Assembly (NCBI GenBank): GCA_043228905.1
Contig: JBHGNT010000013.1
Location: 19,220,001 to 19,284,000, forward strand
DNA: 64,000 nt
Reading direction: 5' to 3'
Origin: Azolla caroliniana
Lineage: Eukaryota > Plantae > Polypodiophyta
Shown: in pieces, positions 28,201 to 39,567 of the stretch
Position numbering within the stretch: the stretch's first letter is position 1
How the letters are laid out: each line of letters starts with the position of its first letter
Made by a program: the position numbers and the translations under genes
The notes under the pieces: model-generated
Databases searched by the model: none
Seen by the model: only the letters and a program-made list of their open reading frames with translations
Told to the model about the DNA's origin: nothing

Positions 28201-30923
28201 AGACTCGCATATGTTTCAGTCTTGAATTGATTAAGACTGCAAATGTTACATTCTCTTCGTCTCCACAATATTTTTCCAGACACCCATTTCTATTTTTAGC
28301 ATGTGGGGAATGTCTGTGCTTTAACATGAAAGCACACAATACTCTGTAAGCCACCGTGAGTGTGGAACTGTAAGGCCTTCCTTTCAAGTTAGTAGGTTTT
28401 CCTTGGCAGTGTCAAAGGCCTCTTTAAAGTCTAAGAAGCAATAGTCTGGTGGTTGGCCTTTCAGCTTACTTCTTCCAGACAACTCTAATATTGACCAAGT
28501 GATCAAATGTATTATGTTTAGGCCTGAAGCCTGCTTTTTATTATCACTCCCATCATTTGTTTTGGTTCCTTTGATAGTTGGTGTTCAGTTGCAGTTTTTG
28601 GTAATTTGATCATGCATGATCCTACCATGATGGTGCAGCGGCTGGAAAGTACGTTGTAGTATCTGGTTTTCTTACCAGTAGCTAGGCAGGTCTTGTCTAA
28701 TCATATGGTGGATCAAAGTGTACATCCATTCTCGTACTATAAGGCCAAATCTTTTGTGTATTTTAGAGCAGAGAGTGTACATGTCAGCTACCTTCCATTT
28801 TGGAGTTTCTTAATGCTATGCATCAATATTTGAATCAACAGGGGCTGCATATATACTGTGTCATCAGTCATGGGGTTGAGCATGTTTTACACATAGATTA
28901 GAATATCTTCCATCTTAAAATGTCTGCCATGCACCTTTTGGTTCTTTTGTCTTTTCTTTCTACGTCATATTGCTTTGTCTGTCTTCATTTATTCATTGTC
29001 TAGAGACAAACACTCATCGTTTGACTCCTCAACTGCCTTGTGTTTCCTTACATTTTTTTGCTCTCTTACATTCGTACCCTACCAATATACATTGTGTGTG
29101 CAGCTGCAGTAGATTTGCATTCTTCAACACAATTCTTGACCACATCATGTCACAGGCCATGATAATTTATACAAGAAGTTATTCCAAAAATTCATCATTA
29201 CTGTATTCTTGTTGTCATTTCATCTTATATATTCAGAATGCATTATTTATGCTTGTATAGCCCCACATACCTGGGTACATGATCTAATTTCGAAGACTTG
29301 CAGCATATTTCAAACATTATTATCCATCACAATGCATCAGGCTTGGCCCAGTCATAGTCAATAGTGCTCTAGCACCTTTGCTTGAAGCATGGCGAGTATA
29401 TTTTGCACCAGGGCCAAGGAAAATATTCGTCCCATCAAGAATAATTAGTTTCATGGCATTCATCATGTTAATAAAGTCTACATTGAGTATTGATAGATGC
29501 ATTACATGTACAGCAGTCCCAAAGTGGATTTAAATTAATCACACATCCTTGTCATATGTTGGTCAGAAGAAATCTGCAATTTTACTTTCATGCTGTCAAT
29601 TCAAGCATTCATGTATTCCATAATGAACATCAATTTCCATACACAAATCTCTCGAAGGGATCAGTATATTTTGTAGCACATGTTTCCTAGCATTCAACAA
29701 GTCTCCAACTCATGCTGACCCACATGTGTCAAGAAACCTCATCTTCCAAAACAACGCATTTGTCTTCATAACTCTCCTCAAACGTGACAGGATCCAAATG
29801 GTAGCAAATAACCTTCATGAGGCATGTGTCACTAGTATCATCAACCTTCTTCCTCGGTAAAAGCATTGTTACCATTCTCCCATGTGAATCTTATAGGTGT
29901 CTCGTAGAGTAAAGCAAAATCAAATTGTGCCGAAGCTAGGTAGTTTCCCTATATAGATCGGTTGTGGCCAAAGTACATTGAAATAGGAGCTAGGGGTACA
30001 GGTAATGTGAAGGATGAAATAAATATATATCAAGGGGAGGTAGAATTTCAGTAGATCAGTTAATGAATGCTCTAATAGGGCAGAGATGTCAAGTTGTGAA
30101 GAACCTCTAAAATATTGTTGCAGCCCAGATACTCCTACACTAACCACAAGAGGAGAACCCAGATGATGGCAGATCCTCGGCGCCCCTGAGAGCTGCTTTC
30201 TCACCACACCAACATACCAATATTTTATTCTACACAATTGATTATTATAGACTGGACAAGCTGTCTATAGATAATTCTGCTGCATTCCAGCCTTCTACTG
30301 TCCTGGGATACAGGCATTCTCTAGATTCTGGAGCTCCTACACCTCATCATCCTAGAACAGGGGATCATATTTGGATCTCACATTCCATTGCTATCAGTTT
30401 TGAATTGTGTCTAACGTTTCCAATACCAGAAGCCATACACCTTTGTGCATATGAATTTCCTCATAGACTGATTTTGGGCTCTAGTCAATACATGATCTTC
30501 CTTTTCTCTTCCAATGGATTACTTTCTTGTGCAAGCTATGTATAAGTAAACAATCGGCTGTTTTAAGACATGCATTATCAAAATCTCAACATAAAGGATG
30601 ACATTTGTCTCACAGTTCTCATCTTTCTGAGCTTCAATGAGAAGGAGGACGATCTCATTCTATTCACCAATTCTGTTTGATTCCATGGCAATCTATCTAC
30701 CTTTCTACACAATCATCCTATCAAAAGAAATACTGTGCAAAAAATAGAGACAGAGGGAAAGAACCTTGGAGGGGTCTGCCTTGGGGAAAGTTTTCACCAC
30801 AGTGATGACACGCTCTATGACGTCACTCTTCTCCAGGGCATGGGCGTCCGCAGAGAAGGGTACTGCCCGGACACGTAGCCGCCGAAGAAGAGGAAGGCTC
30901 GATCGGAGGAGGGGGGCCTGCAT
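25244..30923 (-). CDS. mtACP1: Mitochondrial acyl carrier protein (NDUFAB1/mtACP1-like); exons 30765-30923 and 25244-25420, 111 aa, 5.3-kb intron
   Basis: Arg-rich presequence, [16 protein letters not shown]|[29 protein letters not shown]...HPMAK with the DSL phosphopantetheine site. The intron is phase 0, GT...CAG. Confidence 0.95.
25700..26330 (+). mobile_element. Copia gag remnant inside the ACP intron
   Basis: [31 protein letters not shown]...[11 protein letters not shown] (UBN2-like gag), broken frames. Confidence 0.65.
28150..29000 (-). mobile_element. Decayed non-LTR (RTE-like) reverse transcriptase remnant in the ACP intron
   Basis: Minus strand gives QAGFRP near 28520-28537, [11 protein letters not shown] near 28411-28443 and TIMVGSCM near 28612-28635. 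Confidence 0.6.
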
Positions 30924-31243
30924 CTCTCTCTTCCCGTCGTCTTTCAAAACTCCCCTCTCTTCTCTTCTCTTCTCTTCTCTTCTCCTCTCTTCCCTTCTCT
31001 GTCTCTGTCTCTGTCTCTGTCTCTATTCGAGTCTGTGTTTCTCCTCCTCCCTTAGGGCGTGAAAGTGCTACCTACATATATACATACATTATACTGTATA
31101 CATACGCTCGTTGCTATCCTGCACCAAATCATAAAGAGGGCTGGTGAGGGAATCGCGGCCACAGACGGTGCAGGTCGCCTAGAGGAAGGTGCGTGCGATC
31201 TGCACCGTCAGATTTCGATAAGGAAGAGCGCGCGAAAAAAAAA

Positions 31244-31490
31244 GTTGTCAGAGGTCGCCCAACTCTGAGTCGATGGTCACCCAACCCTGTCAGAGGTCAC
31301 CCAACTCTGAGTCGATGGTCACCCAACCCTGTCAGAGGTCACCCAACTCTGAGTCGTTGGTCGCCCAACCGAAATTGGTCCCCCAACTATGACTGTTGCA
31401 AGTTGCCCAACCGTTTTAGGTCACCCAACCCTGACAGTTACAGGTTGCCCAACCGATTGGTCTCCCAACCGTTGCAGGTCGCCCAACCAA
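31244..31490 (+). repeat. Left subterminal array: 42-bp unit x3 plus further GGTCRCCCAAC motifs
   Basis: CTGTCAGAGGTCACCCAACTCTGAGTCGATGGTCACCCAACC repeated in tandem. Confidence 0.9.
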
Positions 31491-31539
31491 ATGTATCATT
31501 CCAACCAAAATCTTCAAATAAGCTTGTTAATTACCCTTA

Positions 31540-31812
31540 AAACTTACAATAACATATCAAATAGTCACAAAATTCAACCTTAAAATACTTAAAACCGACG
31601 ATCTTTACCATACTTATGTTAAAACAAATAATCATATTAAAACATAAAAGTTGAAAGTTAAAAAACATTTAAAACATAAAACGAAGAATGTAAACTTACA
31701 ATAACATATCAAATAGTCACAAAATTCAACCTTAAATTACTTAAAACCGACGATCTTTACCATACTTTTGTTAAAACAAATAATCCTGGCAAAACATAAA
31801 AGTTGAAAGTTA
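31540..31812. repeat. Direct duplication (~153-bp spacing) downstream of the transposase stop
   Basis: AAACTTACAATAACATATCAAATAGTCACAAAATTCAACC... occurs at ~31540 and ~31693. Confidence 0.85.
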
Positions 31813-31820
31813 CCAAACAT

Positions 31821-34744
31821 TTATGGCTCATCCGGAGATGATGGCAAGATGCGACCACAATTCTTGCAACAATCAACATTTGAGTCCCTTGATCTAAAGG
31901 TCAAGGCATCGCAATGCAAGCATCGCATTTTATCTGTCGCACATATTGGCAACCGCCTCCTAGCTCGACTTGCGCCTCTTTGCATTTTTCCTGTGTGAGC
32001 CTTGGAAGTGTTTGGGGAGCTGCCAATAAGATCTTGTGAAATGTTGATTGATGCTCCCCTTTTTGCACCAATTGCTTGCTTACGCCCTATGGATCCACGG
32101 TCTTCTTCGTTAGTTGGTTTCGGTGCACCTGTGTGATACACCAATGTCTCACTTGTTTCTTGAATGGACTCCATACATGCCAAAATTGCTGCACAGTCGA
32201 GGGATTGTAACCCTTGCTTAAAACATTGAATAGCCCCCTCAAGCGTTTGTAATTTCGACAAACATTCCTCCACTCGTGATGTTATAGGGTTTGTCTCCTC
32301 GACTGGTTCTACCTCTGTCTCCATTTCCGTCTCTGTGAAATGGTCATTGCGCATATAGGTTGCATGATCTATAAAAGGCAATGACCCACATAGATGTGGC
32401 ATGTGCCTCTCAATAATCATCCTGATGCCAAGTATATGCTTACATTTACTCGCAGGGTCGTGGCAATCACAATATGAACATTGGAGCGATACATTATACC
32501 ATACATCCGGTTTTGTCAAGCTCAATATTTTAAACCAATATCGAGGCTCGTCCACAATATGCATTGTCGCATTATTAGTTTCATACCTCTCTAGTAGCCT
32601 TTCGGCCTCTTTAAGTCTAGTTGTTTGATCCCTACAATTTGCACGTGGTGCAAATCTACCACTCTCACATATTTCTTGTCGTTGCTTGTACCATTCAATA
32701 ACAGTACCCCCGATGCAAGTGCCAGTTTGACTGTCCCCGATTAAAACATGCACAAGATCGGTAATTGATCGGTTTATCCTCCCTCTTAAGGCAGTATATT
32801 TGATAAACTGCCAATGTCTCTCCACAAGATTGGTAGTGTCAACATGTCCGTAGTTGAACATTCTACCAAATTTGGGCCACAGTTTCCTCCACACACATGT
32901 CAAGCCACACCATCCTCCTTCTATATATTGCCAAACACCTGGCTTGTTTGCATATTCTACCTTTAAGTCCTCACATTGGGCATTGAATGTGGATTCCGTA
33001 ATGCATTGCATGAGTTGGCACATCCGATTATAAAGGTGGTTTCTCTCACTTGCACTTACCTTTGGCAACAAGTTGTCCAACCATGCTTTTTTTGCATGGA
33101 AGTGACACAACAAAAGTCGACAATGTGTTTGCGACCTTTGCCCATTTGTAACTATCCAAGATAATCGGTCTGTTGCAACCACATTACTTATGGCATTATA
33201 CGATGTCCAACTTTTATCGATGACTATGGCATTTGGCCTCACATTGGGCATCCGTGCAAATATGACTCTCAAGCAAGTTTCTAAAGCTACTTGCTCATGG
33301 TTAGACCCCTTATCAGAACTACATATCATGTACCATAATGGGATACCAACTCCCATGGCATTTGGAGCCACAGCTGCATATAATGGCAAGCCAAATTGGT
33401 TTGTTTTAAACGTGGAGTCGATTGCCCAAGAGTTGTTTATCGACAGTCGCTCACACATCTCTAACATCCATTCATCTTGGAGCACCAAGATGAACGGTTG
33501 CCTTGCGGGAGATCCATATTCACCAGGCAAGTAGGGTTGGACATGAGCCACCTTCCCAAGATCTCGGAGGGCATAGGCATCTTGCATCATCAAAGACCAA
33601 TCAACCCCTGACATGGCACTCCCGATTTTTAACTTGTTGGCCATGTTATTGACCTCCTTTGGTATCATAAAGAACCTATAACTCACAAGGTCTAATGGAC
33701 TAGCCTTGGACTTATGATATGCTTCCTTACGCATGCTCATCCGTGCCACGTGTCGTGCGCAACCAACATCAAAAAGGTCATCTCTACAACAACTTATAAC
33801 ATTTGGGGCCACTGGCAAATAGTATGCATCTGGTCTACTTCCCGGTACATGACCCGTATGAGGTCCATATATTGAAAGGGTCACTGTCCCATGGTCAACC
33901 CCGCCATTCATTCGAGCGTTCACATGAAAAGTACACCCACATCGAGATGAATGCTTTCTACGTCGAGTGCATGGATATTGCTTGTTGGCCACACCGGATC
34001 GGTGACAATTATACCTAGTCACATGTGCACCCCTTGTGACCCCTGTACGAAAGCGTGTGTGATACCTCAATTGAACATCTATCAACGTATCATCAACCCT
34101 ATGTGCCTCTATCTTGATCACTTCTATGGGTCTAGACTTTTTATATTTCACGACACTTGTCCCCTCCATGTCAGATGGAGTTAACCTCGACACAACTTGA
34201 CAACCGCATTGGTCAATCACTGCTTTCACATACGCACTAGGGATCCCATAGTCACGAAGGTCATTGGACCAATTTCTCTTTAATTCTGTCAGAGTACCTG
34301 TCAAAGAACGGTGCGATGCGCCACAATGTGACGCCAATACTATCTCCCTCCATTTCTCTACGTGCGTAATCTGAAGATGAGGCGATGCCTTAAGGTGTAT
34401 TGCATTCTCATTCATAAGCGTGAGACGACTCTTCATGCGCCTCCATGCATGTAAATTAAGAGGTGCCCCCTTGCGAGTGTGCTTAATATTTCAAATGTTA
34501 CCTTAACTTGACCTAATAAATCTTTAAGCATTAAATCGTACATACCTCTAGTGAACGCAATATACCTCGCCGAACAATACATGAAGGGATCAACCTCCTC
34601 CGCCTCTTCTTCGGATGAAGCCGACTCATAGTCTTCGGATGTAGACGAATCCAAGTCATCGTCGATGGTTGCGGAGTATGGTGATGCATAACCATCCTCA
34701 GAATCATACAAGGACGTGATTAAATCTATTTCGTTGGGATTCAT
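31821..34744 (-). CDS. MULE-type DDE transposase with SWIM finger (~974 aa after repairing a 1-bp deletion near 34466)
   Basis: AIDSTFKTNQFGLPL, IVIDKS, LLCHFHAKKAW (CxxH), TTNLVERHWQFIK, SWIM CDC...CKH. ORFs 34433-34744 and 31821-34436 are one continuous frame in the E4 copy (53201-53851). Confidence 0.9.
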
Positions 34745-34749
34745 CTCGA

Positions 34750-35235
34750 ATGAATCTAACTAATCTGATTAAGAATCTAACTAATCTGGTTATAAGAATC
34801 TAACTAATCTGATTATAACTGATTAAGAATCCCCCTAATATGATTAAGACTCTAACTAATCTTATTAAGAATCTAACTAATGTGATTAAGAATCCCCCTA
34901 ATCTGATTAAGAATCTAACTAATCTGATTAAGAATCTAACTAATCTTATTAAGAATCTACAAAATCTGATTATAACTGATTAAGAATCTAACTAAGATGA
35001 TTAAGAATCTAACTAATCTGATTAAGAATCCCCCTAATCTGATTAAGAATCTAACTAATCTTATTAAGAATCTACAAAATCTGATTATAACTGATTAAGA
35101 ATCTAACTAAGATGATTAAGAATCTAACTAATCTGATTAAGAATCCCCCTAATCTGATTAAGAATCTAACTAATCTTATTAAGAATCTAACTAATCTGAT
35201 TATAACTGATTAAGAATATAACTAATCCTGATTAG
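34750..35235. repeat. ~21-bp minisatellite (AATCTAACTAATCTGATTAAG and variants) directly upstream of the transposase ATG
   Basis: About 20 degenerate tandem copies visible in the sequence. Confidence 0.95.
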
Positions 35236-35407
35236 CTTTTAGAGATTGTGCAAAATAAGAATGTGATTAAGACGCAGAATGTGATTATAAGACAGATATT
35301 GGAGATGCAATGAGCTATGATTAAAATGACAGAGAATGGTTTAAAGTGACAGAGAATGTGATTAATTTACATGTTAAGATGACCGTTTTTCTGGCCGTTT
35401 ACATAAC

Positions 35408-35630
35408 AGGTTGGGCGACCTGGTTGGGTGACCAAAACAAAAGATAATTAATTTTAAAAGGTTTGGGCAACCTGGTTGGGTGACCAAAACAAAAGATAAT
35501 TAATTTTAAAAGGTTTGGGCAACCTGGTTGGGTGACCAAAACAAAAGATAATTAATTTTAAAAGGTTTGGGCAACCTGGTTGGGTGACCATAACAAAAGA
35601 TAATTAATTTTAACCTGGTTGGGTGACCAT
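35408..35630. repeat. 52-bp tandem repeat (~4 copies) carrying GTTGGGTGACC motifs between the two E1 genes
   Basis: GGTTGGGTGACC starts at 35422, 35474, 35526 and 35578. Confidence 0.9.
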
Positions 35631-35870
35631 AACAATACCACAACTTGCGATTGGTTTAAAACCATACATTCAGATCATCCACAATATTCAGATTGAGATA
35701 AATACATTCAGATTGAGATAAATAATTGTTGTAAACAACATTTCCATTAATAAGTAATCGCGATATACAATGAGTCGATTCTCACTATACAAAATTTTTG
35801 GGGATTCCAAAATATAGTTACAACATTAGCTCTATAGCCAAATCTGTGCTGAAAACAACATTCCCAAAAT

Positions 35871-37872
35871 TTACAATATGGAGCCACCGGTCGCAGGTGC
35901 AAATCCTAATACCGATCGTGCCCACTCGTCCACATGAATCCGAAGTGAATCCACTTCGCGTTTGGTGAACCACATCTCTGTGCCTTGTAACCAAATATGT
36001 ATAAGAACACATCTATACACAATCCACATGAACAAGGAATTGCAATTACACTTACAAAAGTCGAAGATATCCATCCTTGTAAGAACTCCCTCACCAACAT
36101 TTGGATAGTCTTCATCACATAAAAGCCACAATCCCAACAATTTGGCTGTGTTGGGATGTGCAGTACCTGATGTCGACCATTGGGCACAATGGTGTGGTCT
36201 GACGGTTCAGATGAAATTGTCCGAATCGCCAACTCTGCCATTCTCCGCATGTTGTCTGTTGCTGGTCTGTTCAATGGATCGCAGAAGACTACTTTGCTAG
36301 TTAGCTTAGAAGCTTGTTGTCGCATGGTGAACCACAAGTTCCAATGCCCATCAAGCACGCTCGGAATGAACGTAATCTCACATTGCGCAACTTTCTTAAG
36401 GATGTCTTGCTCCTTCATTGCCTGCTGGTGTAGCTGCACCCATAGTGGGTCGACGATGGTGAAGCGTTCTGTCACCTCGAGTGGCAATGAGTATTCCATC
36501 CACAACGTGAATAAGGTCATAGTCCATGTCGATGCCATTTCACGGCTCTTGCATATGGTCTCAAGATCTGACTCGGTAACATCAAGGGCCATATCGAGAC
36601 GTGGGCAAGTTAGCTGGTACCTGAATGCATGGAAATATGTAGTTTTGAGTAGGTAAATCACACTCCATGTCAATTAGTAAGATACTAGTTTATATTTCAC
36701 TTAAACCCTACCTGGAAAAGTGTTTATTTGGGGTTTGAATCCATAACCTTATGCCCTTGCCATGTTGAATTTGAACTATGGCCACATCCGATGCAGCGTC
36801 ATCTGAATCTGATGTTAGGGAAACAACATCAGTGTTTGACTCGACCTCCTTCCGTCGGATTGGCATTTTCGGTCGTCTCCGTCTCGGTGGAGTGGACACA
36901 CCACCCTCAGATGGGTTTTGACTCTCATCCACATCCGTGGACACACCCTGCGGTTGGGTGGATATCCCCGCCTTTTTACACTGTTTCACCACAATAAGAC
37001 ACATCTTATTATCTGAATTTTGCCAATAAACCCTCCAACAATCTGAAATGAAATCCTCACTCATACTTACATAAGAATCCAAACCAGCTGCTATCTTCTT
37101 CGTCAACATCTCCAAACGCTCATCCTTATTGGAGTCGTATATAGTCATCTCTTTGTTCATAAATCGTGCCACGAACTCTGCCTGTGTGTCAAGACGGAGT
37201 TCACCAGGAATAGAGTTGTATTTCGAAACAGCCCTAACCTTCAACTTTCGGATATATTTTTGTCGATTTCTGTAGTACTTGATTTCCGGGTCCATGAATC
37301 TTTTGAGTGATCTTTGACGCTCATAACTGTTAAAGCATGCCCCCAGAATACCCTCCTCCTCCTCTATACGCATCCCTCGTGGTAGGACTACGTCTATTGC
37401 ATGTTCTCTGCGTAAATGTGACTCCATGTCACTTTTTTTCCGATACCACCTTGGCGAGAGGCGGCAAAACTCAGTGTAGATACATGCACGAGCCTTGTTC
37501 CCATTTGCATCTCTTCCAACCTTATACAACAAGTCGGGACGAGGAGCAACTATTCCTTCTGCACCTGTGTTACATATTTAAGATTGACATAAAGATTGGC
37601 ATAAAGATTGAGATATTGCAACGACACCAAATCCACATACCATTTGGAGGAGCATCTTGGTCCATTTTGTCCCCACTCGTACACATGTCGGCTCCTCGAC
37701 TTCGCCAATGTCTTCTAACGAAGACCCTTTAACAAATCACGAGTCAACATACATGCATCAAACCCTAAACCATTCTTGGGGGAGATTGGTTCGTGACATA
37801 CCTCTCTTGAGTTGGATATATATCACTGTTATCGAAATCCCACCAATCTTTGTACTTGGAGTTGGAAGTCAT
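35871..37872 (-). CDS. C2H2 zinc finger-Ulp1/C48 SUMO protease fusion; predicted exons 37802-37872, 37641-37726, 36748-37564, 36056-36620, 35871-35984 (~550 aa)
   Basis: CIYTEFC...MESHLRREH finger; catalytic DGHWNL, FCDPL, QPNCWDCGFYV. GT-AG introns with matching phases 2,1,2,0. The last acceptor is CAA here but CAG in copy E4. Confidence 0.8.
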
Positions 37873-38166
37873 CTACCACCATTCAAGTAATCAAACATTT
37901 TTTGATTTTAGTACTCAAACACACAAAATATCAAGTTTAAGCAAGCAAATCATTAAAACCAACAATCAAAATATAGATGATTAAATCAAGTTTAAGCAAG
38001 CAAATCTAGTGAACGCAAGATCATAATAAGTTTGATAGGCCTCACCTATAGTGTGGATAAGAGTGGTTACATCCTCTTCTAGATTATGCCTTCAAGATAC
38101 TGGCTGGGATTAGAGTGGCTGGAAATCAACAAAGCCTTGCCTATTAGATCCTATTATACTTCACTT

Positions 38167-38873
38167 ATGGTCCATACAATCTTCTTGTCTATAGTGACTC
38201 TAAACCCTAAAGCTTAAACATGTCTATGCATCAATATGGTCCATACAATCTTCTTGTCTATAGTGACTCTAAACCCTAAAGCTTAAACATGTCTATGCAT
38301 CAATATGGTCCATACAATCTTCTTGTCTATAGTGACTCTAAACCCTAAAGCTTAAACATGTCTATGCATCAATATGGTCCATACAATCTTCTTGTCTATA
38401 GTGACTCTAAACCCTAAAGCTTAAACATGTCTATGCATCAATATGGTCCATACAATCTTCTTGTCTATAGTGACTCTAAACCCTAAAGCTTAAACATGTC
38501 TATGCATCAATATGGTCCATACAATCTTCTTGTCTATAGTGACTCTAAACCCTAAAGCTTAAACATGTCTATGCATCAATATGGTCCATACAATCTTCTT
38601 GTCTATAGTGACTCTAAACCCTAAAGCTTAAACATGTCTATGCATCAATATGGTCCATACAATCTTCTTGTCTATAGTGACTCTAAACCCTAAAGCTTAA
38701 ACATGTCTATGCATCAATATGGTCCATACAATCTTCTTGTCTATAGTGACTCTAAACCCTAAAGCTTAAACATGTCTATGCATCAATATGGTCCATACAA
38801 TCTTCTTGTCTATAGTGACTCTAAACCCTAAAGCTTAAACATGTCTATGCATCAATATGGTCCATACAATCTT
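38167..38873. repeat. 69-bp tandem array, 10 apparently identical copies plus a partial copy
   Basis: Unit ATGGTCCATACAATCTTCTTGTCTATAGTGACTCTAAACCCTAAAGCTTAAACATGTCTATGCATCAAT starts at 38167, 38236 ... 38857. Confidence 0.97.
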
Positions 38874-39098
38874 GCTTGTTTTCATTATTATTAATAAGCG
38901 ATGAATATAACATTGTGGAAGATATAATAACAAGGAGCATACCTGGGAATAGTGATGGAGGAGATCGATTTGTGATGGAGGACCGACGATTTGTGCAGCC
39001 ACAGACGATTTGTGATGGAGGAGCTCCCACCTCTTTCCCGGCAAACCCAACCTGTCAATCTCGTTTGAAAAAATGACAGATTATGACAGGTTTAGGGC

Positions 39099-39105
39099 TT
39101 TTATA
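39099..39105 (-). promoter_or_regulatory. Candidate TATA box of the ZF-Ulp1 gene
   Basis: Minus-strand CTATAAAAG just inside the right subterminal repeats, followed by a candidate leader exon ending CAG|GTATGC near 38942. Confidence 0.4.
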
Positions 39106-39567
39106 GACATCCCTAAAGGAGTCTCCCAACCTGGATAAACAGGTCTCCCAACTGTTTTAAAAATCAACAGTTGGGTGACCTGCTTCTTTTATTGAGTTGG
39201 TTGGGTGACCAACTCAATATAAACTCTAAAGGAGTCTCCCAACCTGGATAAACAGGTCGCCCAACTGTTTTAAAAATAAACAGTTGGGTTTTTAAAACAG
39301 TTGGGTGACCTGCTTTTTTTTTTGAGTTGGTTGGGTGACCAAATCAACCAAAAATTTAAAAAGAAAACGGTTGGGAGACCTCTGACAGGGTTGGGCGACC
39401 GCCTGCGTAGCTTTTTTTTTGGCGCCTTCTTCCTCATCCAAATCAGACGGTGCAGATCACACGCGCCTTCTCTGAGCGACCTGCACCGTCTGTGGCCGCG
39501 ATTCCCTCACCAGGCCTCTTTATGATTTGTGTCATAATAGACACGTCGGTGCGGAAGGCAACAAGAT

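Larger units (their letters stand above)
31105..39548 (-). mobile_element. E1: near-complete two-gene Mutator-like TIR DNA transposon (~8.4 kb)
   Basis: Imperfect ~135-bp TIRs (31107-31244 vs ~39411-39546, sharing CAAATCATAAAGAGG-CTGGTGAGGGAATCGCGGCCACAGACGGTGCAGGTCGC), subterminal GGTCRCCCAAC arrays, and internal transposase and Ulp1 genes. Confidence 0.9.

Noticed and set aside
31193-31540. 115-aa ORF with RWSPNPVRGHPTLS repeats
   Set aside because: Translation of the 42-bp subterminal repeats; no ATG start.
38167-38873. CRISPR-like array
   Set aside because: The units are contiguous and identical with no unique spacers; eukaryotic context and no cas genes.
31105-39548. CACTA, Helitron or Zisupton/KDZ identity (all can carry Ulp1)
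   Set aside because: No CACTA termini, no Rep/helicase and no recognisable KDZ motifs; the DSTFKTN, CxxH and TNxxE motifs are MULE-type.
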